A stretch of DNA of 64,000 bases from Bacteroidia bacterium. Its GTDB lineage: Bacteria > Bacteroidota > Bacteroidia > M30B66. The notes below the pieces were generated by a model. It made no database searches. It worked only from the letters and a program-made list of their open reading frames with translations, and was not told the DNA's origin. The stretch spans positions 2,176,001 to 2,240,000 of the forward strand of contig OZ257142.1 in the NCBI GenBank assembly GCA_965279035.1. Direction: 5' to 3'. Shown piece by piece: positions 8,996-19,757 of this stretch; position 1 is the stretch's first letter, and each line of letters starts with the position of its first letter. The position numbers and the translations under genes were made by a program.

Positions 8996-10915
8996 ATGTC
9001 CCGAATTCAATCCGGTTTTTTCATTATTATCTGTTTACTTGGATTCAATCTGATGAGTCGAGCAGATGAATCGACCGATTTAAGGAAGTTATTATCTACC
9101 AAATTACCCGATACAACTCGAGTAAATACACTTAATTCTCTGAGTCGGGAATGTGTGAATGAATCGCCAGATAGTGCAATACAAATTGCCTATATGGCAA
9201 GAGAATTAGCACAAAAAGTTAGTTTCAAGCGCGGTTTAGCTTTAGCCAATAAGAATATTGGCATGGGGTATTATTTGCAAGGAAAATACCTCGAAGCCTT
9301 AAGCGCATGGGAGGAAGCTTTAGCCATTTATACACAGTTGGGTGATAAACGCGGAATTGCTAATATGTTGAGTAATGAAGCTGCTATTTATTTTAACCAA
9401 GGAGATGAAGCTAAATCGCTCGAATACGATCTTCAGGCATTAAAGATTTCAGAAGAAATAAACGACACGCTTCGAATTGTAACTTCACTCAATAATATCG
9501 GAACATTGTACCTCAATAAAACGAGTACATATTCAAAAGCATTAGAGAAATTCATCAAGGCATATCAATTAAGTATAGCCATTAAGGATCAATATTTAAT
9601 TGGAACGGCTTCGGTTAATTTGGGAGAAACGTATTACAAAATGAACGATGATGCACAATCGCTTGTGTATCTCAAAGAAGCGTTGATTGCTTTTGATGGC
9701 ACACCCGATTTGCCCGGAGCTCTAAATTACATGGGTAAAGTGTATACCCGTAAACAGGATTTTAACAAAGCACTCGAAACACATCAACGTGCCTACGAAT
9801 ACGCAAAAAACCTCGACACCAAGCTCGACATGACTCAGTCGCTCATTGGATTGGCTCAAACGTATTCCGCTCAAAAGGATTATTCATCAGCCATTCAGGC
9901 TTTTTTAAAAGCTCTAGAAATTGCTCGTCCGGTGAATTTCATTACCGAAATTAAAGACATTTACGAAGGATTGAGTGCAGCCTATTCAGCCAAGCGAGAA
10001 TTTGAAAATGCATTTAATTATCAAACACTTTTGCTTCAGGTAAAAGACACCATATACAATGTCAATACCGACAAGAAATTAGGGATGTTGCAATTTGCAT
10101 TTGATTTAGAAAAGAAAGAATCGGAAATTAATTTATTGACAAAGGATAAAGAGATTCAACAACAAGAAATTAGTCAACAAAAAATTGTGCGAAACAGCTT
10201 TATTGGAGGATTTATTATTGTGTTATTATTTGCAGGAATATTCTTCAAACAGCGCAACCGCATTGGCAAGGAGAAAAAACGCAGTGATGAATTATTACTT
10301 AACATTCTCCCTGAAGAAGTAGCAGAAGAATTAAAAGAAAAGGGTGAAGCCGAGGCTCGATTAATTGAAGATGTTACGGTTTTATTCACCGATTTTAAAG
10401 GCTTTACAGCTATGTCGGAACAGCTAAGTCCGAAAGATTTAGTGCGCGATATTCACGAATGTTTTTCGGCATTCGATCACATCATGGAGAAATATGGAAT
10501 AGAGAAAATAAAAACCATTGGAGATGCATATATGGCAGCAGGAGGAACACCGGTTCAAAGTCCTGATCATGCAGTAAATATTATTAAAGCTGCATTTGAA
10601 ATACGAGAATTTATAGCTGAAGGAAAGGCTAGAAAAATTGCTAATAATCTTCCTTATTTCGAAATACGAATTGGGATTCACACCGGTCCTGTTGTGGCGG
10701 GAATTGTTGGAGTGAAAAAGTTCGCTTATGATATTTGGGGTGATACAGTAAACACAGCCAGTCGAATGGAATCTTCGGGAGAACCTGGAAAAGTGAATAT
10801 TAGCAGTACGACCTATGCGAAAGTAAAAGACTCGTTTTCCTGTGAATACCGAGGTAAAATAACAGCTAAAGGCAAAGGCGAAATTGAAATGTATTTTGTT
10901 GAGCCATTGGGATAA
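8996..10915 (+). CDS. TPR-sensor, membrane-anchored class III adenylate cyclase
   Basis: Signal peptide, TPR repeats, TM helix (SFIGGFIIVLLFAGIFF). Cyclase motifs VLFTDFKGFT, KTIGDAYM and YDIWGDTVNTASRMES; the Lys/Asp pair indicates ATP specificity. Confidence 0.92.
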   Translation: MSRIQSGFFIIICLLGFNLMSRADESTDLRKLLSTKLPDTTRVNTLNSLSRECVNESPDSAIQIAYMARELAQKVSFKRGLALANKNIGMGYYLQGKYLEALSAWEEALAIYTQLGDKRGIANMLSNEAAIYFNQGDEAKSLEYDLQALKISEEINDTLRIVTSLNNIGTLYLNKTSTYSKALEKFIKAYQLSIAIKDQYLIGTASVNLGETYYKMNDDAQSLVYLKEALIAFDGTPDLPGALNYMGKVYTRKQDFNKALETHQRAYEYAKNLDTKLDMTQSLIGLAQTYSAQKDYSSAIQAFLKALEIARPVNFITEIKDIYEGLSAAYSAKREFENAFNYQTLLLQVKDTIYNVNTDKKLGMLQFAFDLEKKESEINLLTKDKEIQQQEISQQKIVRNSFIGGFIIVLLFAGIFFKQRNRIGKEKKRSDELLLNILPEEVAEELKEKGEAEARLIEDVTVLFTDFKGFTAMSEQLSPKDLVRDIHECFSAFDHIMEKYGIEKIKTIGDAYMAAGGTPVQSPDHAVNIIKAAFEIREFIAEGKARKIANNLPYFEIRIGIHTGPVVAGIVGVKKFAYDIWGDTVNTASRMESSGEPGKVNISSTTYAKVKDSFSCEYRGKITAKGKGEIEMYFVEPLG

Positions 10916-11121
10916 GTTAGGGGAGATCTAGTATTTTCTAAAATCGTTCAAGCCATAAAAAACTTCAAAACGATTCTCTCAAACTACTTTATGGAAGTAA
11001 TCGAATGAGATATGTAAAATTTTTCCATTCTGATTTGAATGTGTTTATTTTGAAAGGAAATCTATTTTTCTGAATTAATAGTCTTCAACCATTACTTATT
11101 TCAAAACAAATAACACTTTTC

Positions 11122-12216
11122 ATGAAAATATTTAGCTCACTTCTATTATTGATATGTCTGGCTAATTATAGCTATGGACAAAAGATTAAATTAAAAACTC
11201 CCTTTAAAAACATAGAATATTCCGACGATTTTGAACTTTATGAAAATGGAATATACTGCGCGGGATATTCGTTCAAAACTGTTCTCAATGATGGAAATTC
11301 ATCTGATGCTTATATTGAGAAGTATGATAAAGAGACATTGAAATTGCAATGGTCAACAAAAATCAATAATAAGTATTCCAATAAGGTGAATGCAATTATA
11401 GGTCATAACAATAAGCTATATGCACTGGTAACACAAGGAAAAGTTCAACCACTAACACAGGATGTGTATTTGTGTTTATATATTTTAAATTTAAATGGTG
11501 AGATAGAAGATACGGTTCATGTGGGGAAATCATTTTCTAGAACTACACACTTTGCTAAGAGTGGAGATCTTTTGGTGTTTGGCTATCAGAGTTCCGATGG
11601 AATTAGATATAGCAGTAAATCCAATTCAATCTTTGCACGATTCAATACAAGCTCTAAAAAACTTGATCAATTCAAAAGTGAGCATTATGTTTCTGGGGCA
11701 AATAAACTACTCGTGCACAATTCAGATTGCTATTTATTTGGAAATTATATTGAGCCTAATTTGCCTAATGTGCTTGTATGTAAAAAGGGCAAGCTATCGG
11801 TGATTCATATAAAACATAAATTATCGGAGTATTTTATCGATAGTTATATATCAGATAGTTTATTGACTGTTGTTTGTGTGTTCCCCGGCACCTATGAGAA
11901 TAAAACACAATATCTACGTTATTATTACTTTAATCTGAATACAAATTCGATTACGAATAAGACAATTCCATACAAGGATCTTGGATTGAGTGAAATTCGA
12001 TTTGATGTATTTTCTACCGGCTCTTCCTCTTGGATCATTGTAAAGGAAGCAGTAACTGAAAAGTTAAAATATGTTCATATTGATAATAAAGGAACTGTAC
12101 TTTCTAGTATTGAATATCAAGATGGCAATGGTTATGCGGAGAACTTTATATTGGACAATAATTTATTAATTAATGATAGTAAAGGGAGAATTATGATCAT
12201 GAATTATAAAGAATAA
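11122..12216 (+). CDS. Secreted hypothetical protein (beta-rich)
   Basis: 364-aa ORF with signal peptide ending SYG-Q; no family recognised. Confidence 0.75.
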   Translation: MKIFSSLLLLICLANYSYGQKIKLKTPFKNIEYSDDFELYENGIYCAGYSFKTVLNDGNSSDAYIEKYDKETLKLQWSTKINNKYSNKVNAIIGHNNKLYALVTQGKVQPLTQDVYLCLYILNLNGEIEDTVHVGKSFSRTTHFAKSGDLLVFGYQSSDGIRYSSKSNSIFARFNTSSKKLDQFKSEHYVSGANKLLVHNSDCYLFGNYIEPNLPNVLVCKKGKLSVIHIKHKLSEYFIDSYISDSLLTVVCVFPGTYENKTQYLRYYYFNLNTNSITNKTIPYKDLGLSEIRFDVFSTGSSSWIIVKEAVTEKLKYVHIDNKGTVLSSIEYQDGNGYAENFILDNNLLINDSKGRIMIMNYKE

Positions 12217-12302
12217 TTAAATAAAAGCATGGTTGATTTGCAAAAGGGGATATAAAAAACACTGACCGGAAAATAGTATATTCAACAAATTGGGCATTTC
12301 TC

Positions 12303-13535
12303 ATGAAAATTACAACTCCCATTATCTTACTTCTTGCATGTATGGCTTGGGGCTGTAGTTATTCAGCTGGTCCCAAAGAACATTACTACAAAAAGCACGG
12401 ACAAATTTGGAATACTACCAGAATTTATGGATATCCAGATGGCAAGCGTAAGTTAGCTCAAATTGATACGTATAGAAAACAAAACAACTCAAAGGAATCA
12501 TCAACATTCGACCTTCAGGAATCAATTTTGTTTTATGAGCTTTGGCCGAATTATGAATGGAAACTGGTCAGCAAAAAAGGCTTCACCACCTATAAAAATG
12601 GAAAGTATTTATTGAATAATGATTCACTCGTAGTTCCAGACAATGTGATCTATAAATACTTCGACAAGGAGTATATTGAGCATATTGAAGTGTACAAAAA
12701 CGGTAAAAGAATACCATACACAGCAGGATATCCCGATGGACATCGAAGTATGCAGTATTTACGAGAAAAACCCGGTGTGTATAATTGGAAAGATGGTAAA
12801 GAGTATTTCGAACGTCCATTTACCGAAGTAGAGTGGGGGAATCATCTGAAAATGAATGAGCAGTTAAATAGCAAAATAGCTAATGATAAATTAACGATTT
12901 CCCATCTCATTGGAGACTATTACATTTTTACTACTTATAAACCCATTCAAGGAAATTCGTTTCCTTTTAATGGACTGTACTGTGTTACCGATTTAGGTGT
13001 TGTTTTGCTTGATACACCTTGGGATACAACTCAGTTTCAGCCATTACTTGATAGCATTGAAATGAGACATAACAAAAAGGTTCTTGCTTGTATTGTAACC
13101 CATTTCCATGATGATCGAACAGCTGGACTTGCATATTATCGATCTCAAGGCATCAAAACATACTCTTCAAAACAAACATCTGATTTGTGTTTATTAAGGA
13201 ACGAAAAACAAGCAGAATTTTATTTTACACACGATACAACATTCAATTATGGAAATCACAGTTTCCAAACCTATTATGCTGGTGAAGGTCACACACCCGA
13301 TAATTTAGTTATTTGGATGAAGGATGCGAAAATTCTATATGGTGGATGCTTAGTCAAGAGTACCGAAAATAGTGGATTGGGGAATATTGCAGATGCTAAT
13401 TTGGATGCGTGGTATATAACAATCCAATCGATCATGAAAAAATATCCTAATCCTGATTATGTCATTCCGGGACATTTTGGTTGGTCAAATAATAGTGGAT
13501 TACAACACACCTTAAAGCTCTTGAAACAGCAATGA
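12303..13535 (+). CDS. Putative lipoprotein: unknown N-terminal domain fused to a subclass B1 metallo-beta-lactamase (BlaB/IND-like)
   Basis: Lipobox-like AWGC. From about 12885: DTPWD, THFHDD (13101), GEGHTPDN (13290), GGCLVKS (13347) and PGH (13473), i.e. the complete B1 His3 and Asp-Cys-His Zn ligand set. Confidence 0.88.
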   Translation: MKITTPIILLLACMAWGCSYSAGPKEHYYKKHGQIWNTTRIYGYPDGKRKLAQIDTYRKQNNSKESSTFDLQESILFYELWPNYEWKLVSKKGFTTYKNGKYLLNNDSLVVPDNVIYKYFDKEYIEHIEVYKNGKRIPYTAGYPDGHRSMQYLREKPGVYNWKDGKEYFERPFTEVEWGNHLKMNEQLNSKIANDKLTISHLIGDYYIFTTYKPIQGNSFPFNGLYCVTDLGVVLLDTPWDTTQFQPLLDSIEMRHNKKVLACIVTHFHDDRTAGLAYYRSQGIKTYSSKQTSDLCLLRNEKQAEFYFTHDTTFNYGNHSFQTYYAGEGHTPDNLVIWMKDAKILYGGCLVKSTENSGLGNIADANLDAWYITIQSIMKKYPNPDYVIPGHFGWSNNSGLQHTLKLLKQQ

Positions 13536-14653
13536 AACGACTTTTAATATCGCTTTTAATATTTGCATTTGGTTGTCAAGCACAGCAAACAGGGATAAAG
13601 TATGAAAATTCGAAACCAGCATTTCGTGTTATTGGTTTTTATCATGACAATGGTAGTGATATTGAAAAATATGAATTAGATAAACTGACTCATTTGATAT
13701 TCTGTTTTACGAATTTAAATGGAAATAAAATCCAGTTAAATAGTCTTGAAGATGATAATAAATTAAAACGTTTTGTTGCACTTAAGAAAACACATCCTCA
13801 GTTGAAAGTGCTTATCTCATTTGGTGGATGGGGTGGATGTGAAACGTGTTCGGATGTTTTCTCTTCTGATAGTGGCAGAAAAGAGTTTGCTCAATCGGTG
13901 AAGGATTTACTTGATAAATACCAAGTTGACGGAATTGATATAGACTGGGAAAGTCCAGTTATTGGTGGATATAAAAACCACAAAGCATCCAAAGACGACA
14001 AATCTAATTTCACTGCTCTAATTAAAGAATTACGAAAAACTCTTCCAGCAAATCGCGAAATCTGCTTTGATGCAAATTCCTTCCAAGAATTCTTGGATTT
14101 ATCTATCGATTGGAAAGAAGTAATGCCTTTGGTCGATTTTGTGAATCTGATGACTTATGGTTTACCTAGCAATGGACGTGGACAAACCGGACATCATACG
14201 GCATTATATTCATCTCCCAATCAGGAAGAGAGTATCGATAAGGCAATAAAGACTTTCGATAGTTTAAATGTTCCTATGAACAAATTAATTATTGGAGCAG
14301 CATTTTATTCTTTTGTTGCTGAAAATGTCGATAGTATCAACAATGGTTTAGGGCGAATTGGTAAGTTTAAAGCCAATGTGAATTATAGTAAATTTATAGA
14401 ATCCTACACCGAAAAAGAGGGTTATATTTTCTATTGGGACAGTATCGCACAAGCTCCCTATTTGTATAACAATCAGCTTAAAACATTTGTCACTTACGAT
14501 GATAAACGATCGGTAGCTTTCAAAACAAAGTACGCACTGGATATGGATTTGGGTGGAATTATGTTTTGGAAATTGAATGGTGATACATATAGCAATGGGT
14601 TGTTAGATGCGATTGATAAGGAGGTTAAAAAAAATGATATTAATAGGAATTGA
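13532..14653 (+). CDS. Glycoside hydrolase family 18 (chitinase-like)
   Basis: SFGGW and catalytic DGIDIDWE; MTYG; GGIMFW. ATGA overlap with the upstream stop. Confidence 0.93.
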   Translation: MKRLLISLLIFAFGCQAQQTGIKYENSKPAFRVIGFYHDNGSDIEKYELDKLTHLIFCFTNLNGNKIQLNSLEDDNKLKRFVALKKTHPQLKVLISFGGWGGCETCSDVFSSDSGRKEFAQSVKDLLDKYQVDGIDIDWESPVIGGYKNHKASKDDKSNFTALIKELRKTLPANREICFDANSFQEFLDLSIDWKEVMPLVDFVNLMTYGLPSNGRGQTGHHTALYSSPNQEESIDKAIKTFDSLNVPMNKLIIGAAFYSFVAENVDSINNGLGRIGKFKANVNYSKFIESYTEKEGYIFYWDSIAQAPYLYNNQLKTFVTYDDKRSVAFKTKYALDMDLGGIMFWKLNGDTYSNGLLDAIDKEVKKNDINRN

Positions 14654-14691
14654 GTTCTAATTAACATCTAATTCAACCATTAACTAAATAC

Positions 14692-16728
14692 TTAATGACT
14701 TACTATAACCTTTTTAATTATTGATGATTGAGGTGTATAAATCTTTAGAAAATAAATGCCATTCGCCAAGTCGGCTGTTGAAATTGAAAAAGAAGTAGAT
14801 TCAATTGTTCGATTATCTAATTCTAGAAGGACTTGATTATACAGGGTTATACGTTCAATTTGAATATCAGAGCGAATGAAAAGTTCGTTTGAAACAGGAT
14901 TTGGATAAACACTTACATCCGATTGTGAAGTTGATAGTTGAACTATTCCAGTTAAATTAATCGTTGATAATTTCCAAACACCTAAATTGAGTAATCCAAT
15001 ATAAAGATTTGTTGAATCTGCAGCTAATGGAGCTGAAAATGGAGGAAGGGAAAAAGGTGCATTATAGTATGGTAATGAAACCCAAGTTAGACCATCATCG
15101 GTCGAATATTTAGTATTAGTATAAATGGCATTTGTAGTTACAGCTAGTTTTTGAGTTATGATAGAAGAAATATTCGTCCAATTATTTCCGCTATCTATGC
15201 TTAAATAAATACCTGTACTAGTACAAGCATATAATTTATTTGCCAGTGATTTTAAGCAATATACTTGAGAAGTAGCAATTGAATTACTCGTTGTATTCCA
15301 AGTAGCACCACTATCGGTTGAAACTATTAATCCTGAGTTGGTTCCTACAAATAAATTCTCTCCTTGATATTCGATTGTATTGTACGTTAAACCGCTTATT
15401 CCCGTTGAAACTGTAGTCCATGATGTTCCTAATGTGGTAGATTTATTTATTCCATTTTCGGTCAAGGCAAATACTTTATTCCCCATTAATTTAATACATG
15501 AAACAGAATATCCCGACATACCATTTCCAAAAATATTCCATGTTAAACCTCTATCTATTGAGCGATAAACACGATTCTCTATCGTACCTATGAAGACAAG
15601 CGAATCCTTAATTTCAATGGACTGAGCAGCATCTTTTCGGAAATATTGATTGGAATAGGAAACTTCATCCCATGTATTTCCATGATCATGTGAAATAAAT
15701 GTTCCGCCTTCTGAGCCAGCAATAATCATATCACCATCCACTTTAAATTCAATGATATTGGAATTGATTATGCCTGAGTTGGATCTTGTCCAGCTTTGTC
15801 CTGAATTGTCTGAAAAATAATTCCCTCCTCGATAATTGTAAAATACAGTATGCTCATAGCTACTGGCAAATAGTCGATTATTTAGTTTATAGATAGTTTC
15901 AATAGAGCGATTTAGAGGTTCCATTGTTAACGTCCAATTTGCTCCATTATCATTAGAAATTGCAATTCCATTTGATGTTGCACCGAAAATGATATTTCCA
16001 CTAAACTCAAATTTTGTAATGATCATTCCACTCAAAAGTCCATTACCTGAATAGGTCCAAGAAGAACCATTATTGGTTGATTTATACACTTCATCATTAT
16101 ATAAACAAACGAAAATGGAATTCCCATCTGTGCCCATTCCATAAATATTAGTGGTTGGTAATCCTGTATTTAAACTTGTCCAAGTAGTTCCATTGTCAGA
16201 GGAACGTTTTAATCCATCAAGAGTATTACAGCAATAAAGATTGTTATTCTTAATAAATAAGCCAGAAATATAACTCGATGGAGTAGCAGAATAATTAGTG
16301 AGCGACCAACTTTCTCCCCAATCTGTCGATTTATATAGCGTATTACTTAAAGCGAGATAGGTTGTTGTTCCTGCAATTAAAATTCGGTAACAACTTAAAG
16401 CTGTTAAACCATTGTTTTTCACTTCCCATGTATCACCGTTATCGTTTGAAACATACACACCATTGCTTGTCGCTGCGATTAGGTGTCCATTACTAAATGC
16501 TAAATCTGCGATATAGGCACTGAGCATCCCATTGTTTGAACTTTGCCAAGAAACACCATTATCAGATGATTTATATACACCCGCACCATAAGTACCACAA
16601 AACAGAAATTGTGGGCTTGAGGTATAACATAGAATGGCTCCCGTTTGTGGACCGCCGGTTTGTGTCCATTGACAAAATGCTTGAACATGAAAGAACACAT
16701 AACAAATAAATACGATCAGCTTTTTCAT
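14692..16728 (-). CDS. T9SS type A CTD protein with BNR/Asp-box beta-propeller repeats
   Basis: Many SxDxGxxW boxes; CTD VYPNPVSN...KKVIVSH; signal peptide AFC-Q. Confidence 0.9.
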   Translation of the reverse strand: MKKLIVFICYVFFHVQAFCQWTQTGGPQTGAILCYTSSPQFLFCGTYGAGVYKSSDNGVSWQSSNNGMLSAYIADLAFSNGHLIAATSNGVYVSNDNGDTWEVKNNGLTALSCYRILIAGTTTYLALSNTLYKSTDWGESWSLTNYSATPSSYISGLFIKNNNLYCCNTLDGLKRSSDNGTTWTSLNTGLPTTNIYGMGTDGNSIFVCLYNDEVYKSTNNGSSWTYSGNGLLSGMIITKFEFSGNIIFGATSNGIAISNDNGANWTLTMEPLNRSIETIYKLNNRLFASSYEHTVFYNYRGGNYFSDNSGQSWTRSNSGIINSNIIEFKVDGDMIIAGSEGGTFISHDHGNTWDEVSYSNQYFRKDAAQSIEIKDSLVFIGTIENRVYRSIDRGLTWNIFGNGMSGYSVSCIKLMGNKVFALTENGINKSTTLGTSWTTVSTGISGLTYNTIEYQGENLFVGTNSGLIVSTDSGATWNTTSNSIATSQVYCLKSLANKLYACTSTGIYLSIDSGNNWTNISSIITQKLAVTTNAIYTNTKYSTDDGLTWVSLPYYNAPFSLPPFSAPLAADSTNLYIGLLNLGVWKLSTINLTGIVQLSTSQSDVSVYPNPVSNELFIRSDIQIERITLYNQVLLELDNRTIESTSFSISTADLANGIYFLKIYTPQSSIIKKVIVSH

Positions 16729-16954
16729 TAGTGAAACGTTATACTAGTTGAATGACGAAAATAACTGATTCATTGAATAATAAATACAATTGTTAGGTGA
16801 AATAGTAAAATTTAATCTTAGATCCTTAATTGAGATATTACATTTTATACTTCTCAAGAATACCCGAAAATACTATTAAAATAAAATCTGCTTTTCATGC
16901 ATATTTAATTCTCATTCCCAATAAATAGCTCGACTTTTACCTTTTAAAGGAATA

Positions 16955-19375
16955 ATGCTCTCTATGCGTTTAATATCGATGTTGTTGATTTTGGTGGGTG
17001 TTGGTTTAGGTATGGAATGTACTGCTCAAACAAAACGTATTACATTATCTGGTATAACTCACGATCAAGAAACGCATAAACCTTTGGCCTATGTGAATGT
17101 GGTGTTGAAATCGGGTAATGATAGTCTATTTATTACGGGTGGATTGAGTAATGAAGATGGTCAATTTAGTTTATCCTCTTTAAGCCCGGGAAATTATTAC
17201 TTAGAATTCACTCTTATTGGATATCATTCTATTAAGAAGCCTTATTTTATCGGAAGCCTTTCGGATTATTTAGATTTCGGAACAATCGAATTATCGGCGA
17301 ATGTTCGTTCGTTAAAAGAAGTTGAAATATCTGCGAAGCAAGATGAAGTAAGTTCAACATTGGATAAGAAATCCTATTCAGTGAGCGAAAATATCAGTCA
17401 GGCAGGTGGATCTGTTTTGCAAACGATGCAGAATTTACCTGGGGTTACAGTTCAGGATGGAAAGGTGCAATTGCGTGGAAACGATAAGGTAACGGTATTG
17501 ATTGATGGGAAGCAAACAGCGTTGACAGGATTTGGTAGTCAAACTGGCTTGGATAATTTACCTTCATCCTCCATCGAAAAGATTGAAATCATTCAAAATC
17601 CATCTTCTAAATACGATGCGAATGGAAATGCGGGGATTATCAATATTATTTTGAAGAAATCGAATCAAGATGGTTTTTCAGGAAAAATTGGTTTTTCAAC
17701 GGGGGCTGGTGCTTTTTGGGTGAAGAAAGAGAATTTACCGACAATTCGTCCTCAATATCAATTCACTCCCAAATACAATCCTTCTGTTTCATTGAATTAC
17801 CGGAAAAAGAAAATCAATGCGTTTTTACAAGTCGATAATTTGTACACACATACCTTAAATAAAAATGAATTTGTAACTCGTACATACGACGATGGAACAA
17901 TCATCAATCAACAATTAAAACGAAATCGAAACACCAATTTTTTTAATTCTAAAATCGGCTTGGATTGGAATATCAATGCACATAATTCATTTTCAATTTC
18001 GGGATTATTTGGGACAGAAAAAATTCTGGATCATGGCGATGAACCCTTTTTCAATACGAATACTTCGGAACGAATACGCTTATGGCAGTTTTTAGAAGAT
18101 GAATTAAAGACAACGGTGATGGCTACTGCTGCGTATCAACATAAATTCAAACAAGCTGGACATTTAATCAATGTAGGCTTGAATTATACGTTTCATCGAG
18201 AGGATGAGAAATATTACTTCGACAATATTTTACCAAGCTATGCGGGGAAAGATGCTTTTAAATTGCTTTCGGATGAAAAGGTAGCTGACTTCAATTTCGA
18301 TTATATAAAGCCTTTGAAATATGGACGCATTGAAACTGGAGTTAAATTGAGAAGGCGAACCATTCCAACCAATATGCAGTTTTTTCCTGGATTGAATTCT
18401 CCGCTTGATACCAATGCAGGTGGATGGGCTACTTATAAAGAAACGATTCCTGCTTTGTATGGAAATTATGTATTTGAAAATAAACGTTGGGAAGCAGAAT
18501 TAGGAATTCGATATGAATATGTGGTATTGCATTATGAAGTAAATCCAGAGCATAATACCTATAAAAGCAATGGATATAATTATTCTCAACCATTTCCGAA
18601 TCTTCGCTTGGGGTATAAAATTAATGATCGTAACAAGCTATCAGTATTTTACAATCGACGAGTAGATCGTCCGAACGAAGTGGATATTCGGATATTTCCT
18701 AAATACGATGATGCTGAAATTATTAAAGTTGGAAATCCAGCTTTAAAGCCTCAGTTTACTCAATCGCTCGAGATGGCTTATAAAAGCTCATGGGATAAAG
18801 GATATGTCTATATATCGGCTTATCAACGCAATGTTCAGGGTACGATCACGCGTATTTCGAGTATTGCTCCCAATAGCAGTTTCATTTACGCTATTTTTCA
18901 AAATGCAGGAAAGAGTTATACCAGTGGTTTAGAACTCATATTATCGCATGAATTAACGAAATGGTATTCATTTAATTTAAGCATGAATGCCTATCATAAT
19001 CAGATTGATGCTTTTACGGTTGAAAATAAATATCCGGTAACAAGTTTATTTACTGCTGCGAAACAAGAAATTATTTCAGGGAATGTAAAATTGAATTCAA
19101 CATTTCATTTTGCCAAGAAACTCGATGCACAACTAAGTGCTGTTTATTTAGCACCTGATATCATTCCTCAAGGCAAGATTGCACAACGTTTTTCGCTCGA
19201 TTTAGGCATTAAGAAAACGATTCAAAAGGGGAGAGGTGTTTTGTTTTTAAATGCTACAGATGTATTAAATACCTTAATTATCAAAAAACAAATTCAAGGT
19301 CAAGGATTTCGTTATACGAGCAGCGATTATTATGAAACGCAAGTTGTTCGGTTGGGATATACGTATTCTCTTTAA
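16955..19375 (+). CDS. TonB-dependent receptor / outer-membrane beta-barrel protein with N-terminal carboxypeptidase-regulatory-like domain
   Basis: Plug motifs LQTMQNLPGVTV..DG and IEKIEIIQNPSSKYDANGNAGIINIILKK; GNPALKPQ; aromatic-patterned C-terminus LGYTYSL. Confidence 0.9.
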   Translation: MLSMRLISMLLILVGVGLGMECTAQTKRITLSGITHDQETHKPLAYVNVVLKSGNDSLFITGGLSNEDGQFSLSSLSPGNYYLEFTLIGYHSIKKPYFIGSLSDYLDFGTIELSANVRSLKEVEISAKQDEVSSTLDKKSYSVSENISQAGGSVLQTMQNLPGVTVQDGKVQLRGNDKVTVLIDGKQTALTGFGSQTGLDNLPSSSIEKIEIIQNPSSKYDANGNAGIINIILKKSNQDGFSGKIGFSTGAGAFWVKKENLPTIRPQYQFTPKYNPSVSLNYRKKKINAFLQVDNLYTHTLNKNEFVTRTYDDGTIINQQLKRNRNTNFFNSKIGLDWNINAHNSFSISGLFGTEKILDHGDEPFFNTNTSERIRLWQFLEDELKTTVMATAAYQHKFKQAGHLINVGLNYTFHREDEKYYFDNILPSYAGKDAFKLLSDEKVADFNFDYIKPLKYGRIETGVKLRRRTIPTNMQFFPGLNSPLDTNAGGWATYKETIPALYGNYVFENKRWEAELGIRYEYVVLHYEVNPEHNTYKSNGYNYSQPFPNLRLGYKINDRNKLSVFYNRRVDRPNEVDIRIFPKYDDAEIIKVGNPALKPQFTQSLEMAYKSSWDKGYVYISAYQRNVQGTITRISSIAPNSSFIYAIFQNAGKSYTSGLELILSHELTKWYSFNLSMNAYHNQIDAFTVENKYPVTSLFTAAKQEIISGNVKLNSTFHFAKKLDAQLSAVYLAPDIIPQGKIAQRFSLDLGIKKTIQKGRGVLFLNATDVLNTLIIKKQIQGQGFRYTSSDYYETQVVRLGYTYSL

Positions 19376-19552
19376 AAATGTATTGTTGATTATTAATTTG
19401 AATTTAGGATTTAGGAGTCGTTTAATAAATTTTCTATTTATTCGGAAATATATTTTTACAAGAATATTCAAGATCGTTTAGGTTAATATTCAATATGTAG
19501 GTTATTCTTTTTTATAGAAATCAAAATTGGGTCAACCGAAATTTAGTATTAA

Positions 19553-19656
19553 TAACATACTGAAACTGAATAACATTCAACTGATGTTTAATTAACCAAA
19601 TCATAACTCTTTTAACATTCAAATGATTTTAACATCATAGTTTAACGAGCTTTAAG
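19553..19656 (+). promoter_or_regulatory. Cluster of TAAC direct repeats, candidate regulator-binding region
   Basis: TAAC at 19553, 19571, 19593, 19604, 19613, 19630 and 19643. TAACATTCAA is repeated exactly at 19571 and 19613. Confidence 0.4.
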
Positions 19657-19757
19657 TTATACTGTAAAATCAATTTTGCATTGCAAATCAATCTCATGCT
19701 TTTATAACCAATAATTCTAGGTTATAAAAGAATGGAAATGAAATAAAGCTCTGCAAA

